Positions 1 through 11,615 of a DNA stretch of 64,000 nucleotides are shown piece by piece. How positions within the stretch are numbered: position 1 is the first letter of the stretch; each line of letters starts with the position of its first letter. Location of the stretch: the NCBI RefSeq assembly GCF_009914755.1, contig NC_060929.1; one strand, 5' to 3'. The position numbers were made by a program, and so were the translations under genes. Under the pieces are notes generated by a model that made no database searches, had not been told where the DNA came from, and worked only from the letters and a program-made list of their open reading frames with translations. The stretch comes from the human T2T-CHM13v2.0 reference genome, Homo sapiens.

Positions 1-241
1 CAAGTGGAGATTTCAAGCGCTTTGAGGCCAAAGGCAGAAAAGGAAATATCTTCGTATAAAAACTAGACAGAATCATTCTCAGAAACTGCTCTGCGATGTG
101 TGCGTTCAACTCTCAGAGTTTAACTTTTCTTTTCATTCAGCAGTTTGGAAACACTCTGTTTGTAAAGTCTGCACGTGGATATTTTGACCACTTAGAGGCC
201 TTCGTTGGAAACGGGTTTTTTTCCTGTAAGGCTAGACAGAA

Positions 242-580
242 GAATTCCCAGTAACTTCCTTGTGTTGTGTACATTCAACTCACAGAGTTGAACGTTCCCT
301 TAGACAGAGCAGATTTGAAACACTCTTTTTGTGCAACTGGCAAGTGGAGATTTCAAGCGCTTTAAGGTCAATGGCAGAAAAGGAAATATCTTCGTTTCAA
401 AACTAGACAGAATCATTCCCACAAACTGCGTTGTGATGTGTTCGTTCATCTCACAGAGTTTAACCTTTCTTTTCATAGAGCAGTTAGGAAACAGTCTGTT
501 TGTAAATTCTGTAAGTGGATATTCTGACATCTTGTGGCCTTCGTTGGAAACGGGATTTCTTCATATTCTGCTAGACAGAA
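242..580 (+). repeat. Dimer type C (339 bp), used as the unit-start marker; recurs at 5339, 8056, 11794, 13832, 16549, 19268, 21307, 24706, 26065, 29464, 32183, 35582, 37621, 41020, 43059, 45097, 48154, 51551, 54949, 57667, 61064, 63782
   Basis: Diagnostic strings GTACATTC, TTCCCTTAGAC, GTGCAATTGGC (GTGCAACTGGC in the 242 and 5339 copies), CTGACATCTTGTGG. The positions agree with the recurring 76-aa/99-aa pseudo-ORF pair in the ORF track. Confidence 0.92.
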
Positions 581-920
581 GAATTCTCAGAATCTTCCTT
601 GTGTTGTGTGTATTCAACTCACACAGTTGAACGATGGTTTACACAGAGCAGATTTGAAACACTCTTTTTGTGGAATTTGCAAGTGGAGATTTCAGCCGCT
701 TTGAGGTCAATGGTAGAAAAGGAAATATCTTCGTATAAAAACTAGACAGAATGATTCTCAGAAACTTCTTTGTGATGTGTGCGTTCAACTCACAGAGTTT
801 AACCTTTCTTTTCATAGAGCAGTTAGGAAACACTCTGTTTGTAAACTCTGCAAGTGGATATTCAGACCTCTTTGAGGCCTTCGTTGGAAACGGGATTTCT
901 TCATACTGTGCTAGACAGAA
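581..920 (+). repeat. Dimer type D, follows C
   Basis: Diagnostic strings CAGAATCTTCC, GATGGTTTAC, AAACTTCTTTG, AAACTCTGC, CATACTGTGCTAG. Confidence 0.9.
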
Positions 921-1599
921 GAATTCTCAGTAACTTCCTTGTGTTGTGTGTATTCAACTCACAGAGTTGACCGATCCTTTACACAGAGCAGACTTGTAAC
1001 ACTCTTTTTGTGGAATTTGCAAGTGGAGATTTCAGCCGCTTTGAAGTCAAAGGTAGAAAAGGGAATATCTTCCTATAAAAACTAGACAGAATGATTCTCA
1101 GAAACTCCTTTGTCATGTGTGCGTTCAACTCACAGAGTTTAACCTTTCTTTTCATAGAGCAGTTAGGAAACACTCTGTTTCTAAAGTCTGCAAGTGGATA
1201 TTCAGACCTCTTTGAGGCCTTCGTTGGAAACGGGTTTTTTCATATAAGGCTAGAGAGAAGAATTCCCAGTAACTTCCTTGTGTTGTGTGTGTTCAACTCA
1301 CAGAGTTGAACTTTCATTTACACAGAGCAGATTTGAAACACTCTTTTTGTGGAATTTGCAAGTGGAGATTTCAAGCGCTGTGAGGCCAAAGGCAGAAAAG
1401 GAAATATCTTCGTATAAAAACTAGACAGAATCATTCTCAGAAACTGCTCTGCGATGTGTGCGTTCAACTCTCAGAGTTTAACTTTTCTTTTCATTCAGCA
1501 GTTTGGAAACACTCTGTTTGTAAAGTCTGCACGTGGATAATTTGACCACTTAGAGGCCTTCGTTGGAAACGGGTTTTTTTCATGTAAGGCTAGACAGAA
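921..1599 (+). repeat. AB tetramer (~680 bp), the internally reiterated module of each unit
   Basis: A carries GACTTGTAAC, GAAGTCAAAGGTAG and CTTCCTATA. B carries TTTCATTTAC, GAGGCCAAAGGC and GACCACTTAGAGG. The 680-bp spacing of the 64-aa pseudo-ORF reflects this module. Confidence 0.9.
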
Positions 1600-3978
1600 G
1601 AATTCTCAGTAACTTCCTTGTGTTGTGTGTATTCAACTCACACAGTTGAACGATCCTTTACACAGAGCAGACTTGTAACACTCTTTTTGTGGAATTTGCA
1701 AGTGGAGATTTCAGCCGCTTTGAAGTCAAAGGTAGAAAAGGGAATATCTTCCTATAAAAACTAGACAGAATGATTCTCAGAAACTCCTTTGTGATGTGTG
1801 CGTTCAACTCACAGAGTTTAACCTTTCTTTTCATAGAGCAGTTAGGAAACACTCTGTTTCTAAAGTCTGCAAGTGGATATTCAGACCTCTTTGAGGCCTT
1901 CGTTGGAAACGGGTTTTTTTCATATAAGGCTAGAGAGAAGAATTCCCAGTAACTTCCTTGTGTTGTGTGTGTTCAACTCACAGAGTTGAACTTTCATTTA
2001 CACAGAGCAGATTTGAAACACTCTTTTTTTGGAATTTGCAAGTGGAGATTTCAAGCGCTGTGAGGCCAAAGGCAGAAAAGGAAATATCTTCGTATAAAAA
2101 CTAGACAGAATCATTCTCAGAAACTGCTCTGCGATGTGTGCGTTCAACTCTCAGAGTATAACTTTTCTTTTCATTCAGCAGTTTGGAAACACTCTGTTTG
2201 TAAAGTCTGCACGTGGATAATTTGACCACTTAGAGGCCTTCGTTGGAAACGGGTTTTTTTCATGTAAGGCTAGACAGAAGAATTCTCAGTAACTTCCTTG
2301 TGTTGTGTGTATTCAACTCACAGAGTTGAACGATCCTTTACACAGAGCAGACTTGTAACACTCTTTTTGTGGAATTTGCAAGTGGAGATTTCAGCCGCTT
2401 TGAAGTCAAAGGTAGAAAAGGAAATATCTTCCTATTAAAACTAGACAGATAGATTCTCAGAAACTCCTTTGTGATGTGTGCGTTCAACTCACAGAGTTTA
2501 ACCTTTCTTTTCATGGAGCAGTTAGGAAACACTCTGTTTGTAAAGTCTGCAAGTGGATATTCAGACCTCTTTGAGGCCTTCGTTGGAAACGGGTTTTTTT
2601 CATATAAGGCTAGACAGAAGAATTCCCAGTAACTTCCTTGTGTTGTGTGTGTTCAACTCACAGAGTTGAACTTTCATTTACACAGAGCAGATTTGAAACA
2701 CTCTTTTTGTGGAATTTGCAAGTGGAGATTTCAAGCGCTTTGAGGCCAAAGGCAGAAAAGGAAATATCTTCGTATAAAAACTAGACAGAATCATTCTCAG
2801 AAACTGCTCTGTGATGTGTGCTTTCAACTCTCAGAGTTTAACTTTTCTTTTCATTCAGCAGTTTGGAAACACTCTGTTTGTAAAGTCTGCACGTGGATAA
2901 TTTGACCACTTAGAGGCCTTCGTTGGAAACGGGTTTTTTTCATGTAAGGCTAGACAGAAGAGTTCTCAGTAACTTCCTTGTGTTGTGTGTATTCAACTCA
3001 CACAGTTGAACGATCCTTTACAGAGAGCAGACTTGTAACACTCTTTTTGTGGAATTTGCAAGTGGAGATTTCAGCCGCTTTGAAGTCAAAGTAGAAAAGG
3101 AAATATCTTCCTATAAAAACTAGACAGAATGATTCTCAGAAACTCCTTTGTGATGTGTGCGTTCAACTCACAGAGTTTAACCTTTCTTTTCATAGAGCAG
3201 TTAGGAAACACTCTGTTTGTAAAGTCTGCAAGTGGATATTCAGACCTCTTTGAGGCCTTCGTTGGAAACGGGTTTTTTTCATATAAGGCTAGACAGAAGA
3301 ATTCCCAGTAACTTCCTTGGGTTGTGTGTGTTCAACTCACAGAGTTGAACTTTCATTTACACAGAGCAGATTTGAAACACTCTTTTTGTGGAATTTGCAG
3401 GTGGAGATTTCAAGCGCTTTGAGGCCAAAGGCAGAAAAGGAAATATCTTCGTATAAAAACTAGACAGAATCATTCTCAGAAACTGCTCTGCGATGTGTGC
3501 GTTCAACTCTCAGAGTTTAACTTTTCTTTTCATTCAGCAGTTTGGAAACACTCTGTTTGTAAAGTCTGCACGTGGATAATTTGACCACTTAGAGGCCTTC
3601 GTTGGAAACGGGTTTTTTTCATGTAAGGCTAGACAGAAGAATTCTCAGTAACTTCCTTGTGTTGTGTGTATTCAACTCACAGAGTTGAACGATCCTTTAC
3701 ACAGAGCAGACATGTAACACTCTTTTTCTGGAATTTGCAAGTGGAGATTTCAGCCGCTTTGAAGTCAAAGGTAGAAAAGGAAATATCTTCCTATAAAAAC
3801 TAGACAGAATGATTCTCAGAAACTCCTTTGTGATGTGTGCGTTCAACTCACAGAGTTTAACCTTTCTTTTCATAGAGCAGTTAGGAAACACTCTGCTTGT
3901 AAAGTCTGCAAGTGGATATTCAGACCTCTTTGAGGCCTTCGTTGGAAACGGGATTTCTTCATACTGTGCTAGACAGAA

Positions 3979-4318
3979 GAATTCTCAGTAACTTCCTTGT
4001 GTTGTGTGTATTCAACTCACAGAGTTGAACGATCCTTTACACAGAGCAGACTTGGAACACTCTTTTTGTGGAATTTGCAAGTGGAGATTTCAGCCGCGTT
4101 GAGGTCAATGGTAGAAAAGGAAATATCTTCGTATAAAAACTAGACAGAATGATTCTCAGAAACTCCTTTGAGATGTGTGTGTTCAACTCACAGAGTTTAA
4201 CCTTTCTTTTCATAGAGCAGTTAGGAATCACTCTGTTTGTAAAGTCTGCAAGTGGATATTCAGACCTCTTTGAGGCCTTCGCTGGAAACGGGTTTTTTTC
4301 ATATAAGGCTAGACAGAA
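3979..4318 (+). repeat. Dimer type E (A-like; CAGCCGCGTTGAGGTCAATGG), occupies the slot after a D-type end
   Basis: GCCGCGTTGAGG marker near 4095, 11230, 12590, 14630, 25500, 30260, 32980, 36380, 38420, 41820, 43855, 48950, 50990, 52350, 55745, 58460, 61860; each copy follows CATACTGTGCTAG. Confidence 0.85.
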
Positions 4319-5097
4319 GAATTCCCAGTAACTTCCTTGTGTTGTGTGTGTTCAACTCACAGAGTTGAACTTTGATTTACACAGAGCAGATTTGAAACAC
4401 TCTTTTTGTGGAATTTGCAAGTGGAGATTTCAAGCGCTTTGAGGCCAAAGGCAGAAAAGGAAATATCTTCGTATAAAAACTAGACAGAATCATTCTCAGA
4501 AACTGCTCTGCGATGTGTGCGTTCAACTCTCAGAGTTTAACTTTGCTTTTCATTCAGCAGTTTGGAAACACTCTGTTTGTAAAGTCTGCACGTGGATAAT
4601 TTGACCACTTAGAGGCCTTCGTTGGAAACGGGTTTTTTTCATGTAAGGCTAGACAGAAGAATTCTCAGTAACTTCCTTGTGTTGTGTGTATTCAACTCAC
4701 AGAGTTGAACGATCCTTTACACAGAGCAGACTTGTAACACTCTTTTTGTGGAATTTGCAAGTGGAGATTTCAGCCGCTTTGAAGTCAAAGGTAGAAAAGG
4801 AAATATCTTCCTATAAAAACTAGACAGAATGATTCTCAGAAACTCCTTTGTGATGTGTGCGTTCAACTCACAGAGTTTAACCTTTCTTTTCATAGAGCAG
4901 TTAGGAAACACTCTGCTTGTAAAGTCTGCAAGTGGATATTCAGCCCTCTTTGAGGCCTTCGTTGGAAACGGGTTTTTTTCATTTAAGGCTAGACAGAAGA
5001 ATTCCCAGTAACTTCCTTGTGTTGTGTGTGTTCAACTCACAGAGTTGAACTTTGATTTACACAGAGCAGATTTGAAACACTCTTTTTGTGGAATTTG

Positions 5098-6836
5098 CAA
5101 GTGGAGATTTCAAGCGCTTTGAGGCCAAAGGCAGAAAAGGAAATATCTTCGTATAAAAACTAGACAGAATCATTCTCAGAAACTGCTCTGCGATGTGTGC
5201 GTTCAACTCTCAGAGTTTAACTTTTCTTTTCATTCAGCAGTTTGGAAACACTCTGTTTGTAAAGTCTGCACGTGGATATTTTGACCACTTAGAGGCCTTC
5301 GTTGGAAACGGGTTTTTTTCCTGTAAGGCTAGACAGAAGAATTCCCAGTAACTTCCTTGTGTTGTGTACATTCAACTCACAGAGTTGAACGTTCCCTTAG
5401 ACAGAGCAGATTTGAAACACTCTTTTTGTGCAACTGGCAAGTGGAGATTTCAAGCGCTTTAAGGTCAATGGCAGAAAAGGAAATATCTTCGTTTCAAAAC
5501 TAGACAGAATCATTCCCACAAACTGCGTTGTGATGTGTTCGTTCATCTCACAGAGTTTAACCTTTCTTTTCATAGAGCAGTTAGGAAACAGTCTGTTTGT
5601 AAATTCTGTAAGTGGATATTCTGACATCTTGTGGCCTTCGTTGGAAACGGGATTTCTTCATATTCTGCTAGACAGAAGAATTCTCAGAATCTTCCTTGTG
5701 TTGTGTGTATTCAACTCACACAGTTGAACGATGGTTTACACAGAGCAGATTTGAAACACTCTTTTTGTGGAATTTGCAAGTGGAGATTTCAGCCGCTTTG
5801 AGGTCAAAGGTAGAAAAGGAAATATCTTCGTATAAAAACTAGACAGAATGATTCTCAGAAACTTCTTTGTGATGTGTGCGTTCAACTCACAGAGTTTAAC
5901 CTTTCTTTTCATAGAGCAGTTAGGAAACACTCTGTTTGTAAACTCTGCAAGTGGATATTCAGACCTCTTTGAGGCCTTCGTTGGAAACGGGATTTCTTCA
6001 TACTGTGCTAGACAGAAGAATTCTCAGTAACTTCCTTGTGTTGTGTGTATTCAACTCACAGAGTTGACCGATCCTTTACACAGAGCAGACTTGTAACACT
6101 CTTTTTGTGGAATTTGCAAGTGGAGATTTCAGCCGCTTTGAAGTCAAAGGTAGAAAAGGGAATATCTTCCTATAAAAACTAGACAGAATGATTCTCAGAA
6201 ACTCCTTTGTCATGTGTGCGTTCAACTCACAGAGTTTAACCTTTCTTTTCATAGAGCAGTTAGGAAACACTCTGTTTCTAAAGTCTGCAAGTGGATATTC
6301 AGACCTCTTTGAGGCCTTCGTTGGAAACGGGTTTTTTCATATAAGGCTAGAGAGAAGAATTCCCAGTAACTTCCTTGTGTTGTGTGTGTTCAACTCACAG
6401 AGTTGAACTTTCATTTACACAGAGCAGATTTGAAACACTCTTTTTGTGGAATTTGCAAGTGGAGATTTCAAGCGCTGTGAGGCCAAAGGCAGAAAAGGAA
6501 ATATCTTCGTATAAAAACTAGACAGAATCATTCTCAGAAACTGCTCTGCGATGTGTGCGTTCAACTCTCAGAGTTTAACTTTTCTTTTCATTCAGCAGTT
6601 TGGAAACACTCTGTTTGTAAAGTCTGCACGTGGATAATTTGACCACTTAGAGGCCTTCGTTGGAAACGGGTTTTTTTCATGTAAGGCTAGACAGAAGAAT
6701 TCTCAGTAACTTCCTTGTGTTGTGTGTATTCAACTCACACAGTTGAACGATCCTTTACACAGAGCAGACTTGTAACACTCTTTTTGTGGAATTTGCAAGT
6801 GGAGATTTCAGCCGCTTTGAAGTCAAAGGTAGAAAA
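5098..6836 (+). repeat. Copy of 1-~1739 (offset 5097 bp); the first copy may extend left of the window
   Basis: Shared GTGCAACTGGC (331/5428), TGTCATGTG (1111/6208) and a shortened T-run after the CENP-B box (~1235/6332). One difference noted (GTCAATGG vs GTCAAAGG). Confidence 0.85.
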
Positions 6837-8794
6837 GGAAATATCTTCCTATAAAAACTAGACAGAAAGATTCTCAGAAACTCCTTTGTGATGTGTGCGT
6901 TCAACTCACAGAGTTTAACCTTTCTTTTCATAGAGCAGTTAGGAAACACTCTGTTTCTAAAGTCTGCAAGTGGATATTCAGACCTCTTTGAGGCCTTCGT
7001 TGGAAACGGGTTTTTTTCATATAAGGCTAGACAGAAGAATTCCCAGTAACTTCCTTGTGTTGTGTGTGTTCAACTCACAGAGTTGAACTTTCATTTACAC
7101 AGAGCAGATTTGAAACACTCTTTTTGTGGAATTTGCAAGTGGAGATTTCAAGCGCTGTGAGGCCAAAGGCAGAAAAGGAAATATCTTCGTATAAAAACTA
7201 GACAGAATCATTCTCAGAAACTGCTCTGCGATGTGTGCGTTCAACTCTCAGAGTTTAACTTTTCTTTTCATTCAGCAGTTTGGAAACACTCTGTTTGTAA
7301 AGTCTGCACGTGGATAATTTGACCACTTAGAGGCCTTCGTTGGAAACGGGTTTTTTCCTGTAAGGCTAGACAGAAGAATTCTCAGTAACTTCCTTGTGTT
7401 GTGTGTATTCAACTCACAGAGTTGAACGATCCTTTACACAGAGCAGACTTGTAACACTCTTTTTGTGGAATTTGCAAGTGGAGATTTCAGCCGCTTTGAA
7501 GTCAAAGGTAGAAAAGGAAATATCTTCCTATAAAAACTAGACAGAATGATTCTCAGAAACTCCTTTGTGATGTGTGCGTTCAACTCACAGAGTTTAACCT
7601 TTCTTTTCATAGAGCAGTTAGGAAACACTCTGCTTGTAAAGTCTGCAAGTGGATATTCAGCCCTCTTTGAGGCCTTCGTTGGAAACGGGTTTTTTTCATA
7701 TAAGGCTAGACAGAAGAATTCCCAGTAACTTCCTTGTGTTGTGTGTGTTCAACTCACAGAGTTGAACTTTGATTTACACAGAGCAGATTTGAAACACTCT
7801 TTTTGTGGAATTTGCAAGTGGAGATTTCAAGCGCTTTGAGGCCAAAGGCAGAAAAGGAAATATCTTCGTATAAAAACTAGACAGAATCATTCTCAGAAAC
7901 TGCTCTGCGATGTGTGCGTTCAACTCTCAGAGTTTAACTTTTCTTTTCATTCAGCAGTTTGGAAACACTCTGTTTGTAAAGTCTGCACGTGGATATTTTG
8001 ACCACTTAGAGGCCTTCGTTGGAAACGGGTTTTTTTCCTGTAAGGCTAGACAGAAGAATTCCCAGTAACTTCCTTGTGTTGTGTACATTCAACTCACAGA
8101 GTTGAACGTTCCCTTAGACAGAGCAGATTTGAAACACTCTTTTTGTGCAATTGGCAAGTGGAGATTTCAAGCGCTTTAAGGTCAATGGCAGAAAAGGAAA
8201 TATCTTCGTTTCAAAACTAGAGAGAATCATTCCCAAAAACTGCGTTGTGATGTGTTCGTTCATCTCACAGAGTTTAACCTTTCTTTTCATAGAGCAGTTA
8301 GGAAACAGTCTGTTTGTAAATTCTGTAAGTGGATATTCTGACATCTTGTGGCCTTCGTTGGAAACGGGATTTCTTCATATTCTGCTAGACAGAAGAATTC
8401 TCAGAATCTTCCTTGTGTTGTGTGTATTCAACTCACAGAGTTGAACGATGGTTTACACAGAGCAGATTTGAAACACTCTTTTTGTGGAATTTGCAAGTGG
8501 AGATTTCAGCCGCTTTGAGGTCAATGGTAGAAAAGGAAATATCTTCGTATAAAAACTAGACAGAATGATTCTCAGAAACTTCTTTGTGATGTGTGCGTTC
8601 AACTCACAGAGTTTAACCTTTCTTTTCATAGAGCAGTTAGGAAACACTCTGTTTGTAAACTCTGCAAGTGGATATTCAGACCTCTTTGAGGCCTTCGTTG
8701 GAAACGGGATTTCTTCATACTGTGCTAGACAGAAGAATTCTCAGTAACTTCCTTGTGTTGTGTGTATTCAACTCACAGAGTTGACCGATCCTTT

Positions 8795-11615
8795 ACACAG
8801 AGCAGACTTGTAACACTCTTTTTGTGGAATTTGCAAGTGGAGATTTCAGCCGCTTTGAAGTCAAAGGTAGAAAAGGGAATATCTTCCTATAAAAACTAGA
8901 CAGAATGATTCTCAGAAACTCCTTTGTGATGTGTGCGTTCAACTCACAGAGTTTAACCTTTCTTTTCATAGAGCAGTTAGGAAACACTCTGTTTCTAAAG
9001 TCTGCAAGTGGATATTCAGACCTCTTTGAGGCCTTCGTTGGAAACGGGTTTTTTTCTTATAAGGCTAGAGAGAAGAATTCCCAGTAACTTCCTTGTGTTG
9101 TGTGTGTTCAACTCACAGAGTTGAACTTTCATTTACACAGAGCAGATTTGAAACACTCTTTTTTTGGAATTTGCAAGTGGAGATTTCAAGCGCTGTGAGG
9201 CCAAAGGCAGAAAAGGAAATATCTTCGTATAAAAACTAGACAGAATCATTCTCAGAAACTGCTCTGCGATGTGTGCGTTCAACTCTCAGAGTATAACTTT
9301 TCTTTTCATTCAGCAGTTTGGAAACACTCTGTTTGTAAAGTCTGCACGTGGATAATTTGACCACTTAGAGGCCTTCGTTGGAAACGGGTTTTTTTCATGT
9401 AAGGCTAGACAGAAGAATTCTCAGTAACTTCCTTGTGTTGTGTGTATTCAACTCACAGAGTTGAACGATCCTTTACACAGAGCAGACTTGTAACACTCTT
9501 TTTGTGGAATTTGCAAGTGGAGATTTCAGCCGCTTTGAAGTCAAAGGTAGAAAAGGAAATATCTTCCTATTAAAACTAGACAGATAGATTCTCAGAAACT
9601 CCTTTGTGATGTGTGCGTTCAACTCACAGAGTTTAACCTTTCTTTTCATGGAGCAGTTAGGAAACACTCTGTTTGTAAAGTCTGCAAGTGGATATTCAGA
9701 CCTCTTTGAGGCCTTCGTTGGAAACGGGTTTTTTTCATATAAGGCTAGACAGAAGAATTCCCAGTAACTTCCTTGTGTTGTGTGTGTTCAACTCACAGAG
9801 TTGAACTTTCATTTACACAGAGCAGATTTGAAACACTCTTTTTGTGGAATTTGCAAGTGGAGATTTCAAGCGCTTTGAGGCCAAAGGCAGAAAAGGAAAT
9901 ATCTTCGTATAAAAACTAGACAGAATCATTCTCAGAAACTGCTCTGTGATGTGTGCTTTCAACTCTCAGAGTTTAACTTTTCTTTTCATTCAGCAGTTTG
10001 GAAACACTCTGTTTGTAAAGTCTGCACGTGGATAATTTGACCACTTAGAGGCCTTCGTTGGAAACGGGTTTTTTTCATGTAAGGCTAGACAGAAGAGTTC
10101 TCAGTAACTTCCTTGTGTTGTGTGTATTCAACTCACACAGTTGAACGATCCTTTACAGAGAGCAGACTTGTAACACTCTTTTTGTGGAATTTGCAAGTGG
10201 AGATTTCAGCCGCTTTGAAGTCAAAGTAGAAAAGGAAATATCTTCCTATAAAAACTAGACAGAATGATTCTCAGAAACTCCTTTGTGATGTGTGCGTTCA
10301 ACTCACAGAGTTTAACCTTTCTTTTCATAGAGCAGTTAGGAAACACTCTGTTTGTAAAGTCTGCAAGTGGATATTCAGACCTCTTTGAGGCCTTCGTTGG
10401 AAACGGGTTTTTTTCATATAAGGCTAGACAGAAGAATTCCCAGTAACTTCCTTGGGTTGTGTGTGTTCAACTCACAGAGTTGAACTTTCATTTACACAGA
10501 GCAGATTTGAAACACTCTTTTTGTGGAATTTGCAGGTGGAGATTTCAAGCGCTTTGAGGCCAAAGGCAGAAAAGGAAATATCTTCGTATAAAAACTAGAC
10601 AGAATCATTCTCAGAAACTGCTCTGCGATGTGTGCGTTCAACTCTCAGAGTTTAACTTTTCTTTTCATTCAGCAGTTTGGAAACACTCTGTTTGTAAAGT
10701 CTGCACGTGGATAATTTGACCACTTAGAGGCCTTCGTTGGAAACGGGTTTTTTTCATGTAAGGCTAGACAGAAGAATTCTCAGTAACTTCCTTGTGTTGT
10801 GTGTATTCAACTCACAGAGTTGAACGATCCTTTACACAGAGCAGACATGTAACACTCTTTTTCTGGAATTTGCAAGTGGAGATTTCAGCCGCTTTGAAGT
10901 CAAAGGTAGAAAAGGAAATATCTTCCTATAAAAACTAGACAGAATGATTCTCAGAAACTCCTTTGTGATGTGTGCGTTCAACTCACAGAGTTTAACCTTT
11001 CTTTTCATAGAGCAGTTAGGAAACACTCTGCTTGTAAAGTCTGCAAGTGGATATTCAGACCTCTTTGAGGCCTTCGTTGGAAACGGGATTTCTTCATACT
11101 GTGCTAGACAGAAGAATTCTCAGTAACTTCCTTGTGTTGTGTGTATTCAACTCACAGAGTTGAACGATCCTTTACACAGAGCAGACTTGGAACACTCTTT
11201 TTGTGGAATTTGCAAGTGGAGATTTCAGCCGCGTTGAGGTCAATGGTAGAAAAGGAAATATCTTCGTATAAAAACTAGACAGAATGATTCTCAGAAACTC
11301 CTTTGAGATGTGTGTGTTCAACTCACAGAGTTTAACCTTTCTTTTCATAGAGCAGTTAGGAATCACTCTGTTTGTAAAGTCTGCAAGTGGATATTCAGAC
11401 CTCTTTGAGGCCTTCGCTGGAAACGGGTTTTTTTCATATAAGGCTAGACAGAAGAATTCCCAGTAACTTCCTTGTGTTGTGTGTGTTCAACTCACAGAGT
11501 TGAACTTTGATTTACACAGAGCAGATTTGAAACACTCTTTTTGTGGAATTTGCAAGTGGAGATTTCAAGCGCTTTGAGGCCAAAGGCAGAAAAGGAAATA
11601 TCTTCGTATAAAAAC
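8795..11615 (+). repeat. Non-tandem copy of ~1660-4480 (offset 7135 bp)
   Basis: Shared rare variants: TTTTTTTGGAAT, GAGTATAAC, CCTATTAAAA, CATGGAGC, GTGCTTTC, CCTTGGGTT, GACATGTAAC, TTCGCTGG (4282/11417), plus the A/D hybrid dimer. Confidence 0.9.

Noticed and set aside
105-124. Short imperfect palindromes (TTCAACTC[A/T]CAGAGTT[G/T]AA) and T-runs resembling terminators
   Set aside because: They are ordinary parts of the alphoid monomer present in every copy, with no transcription unit to terminate.
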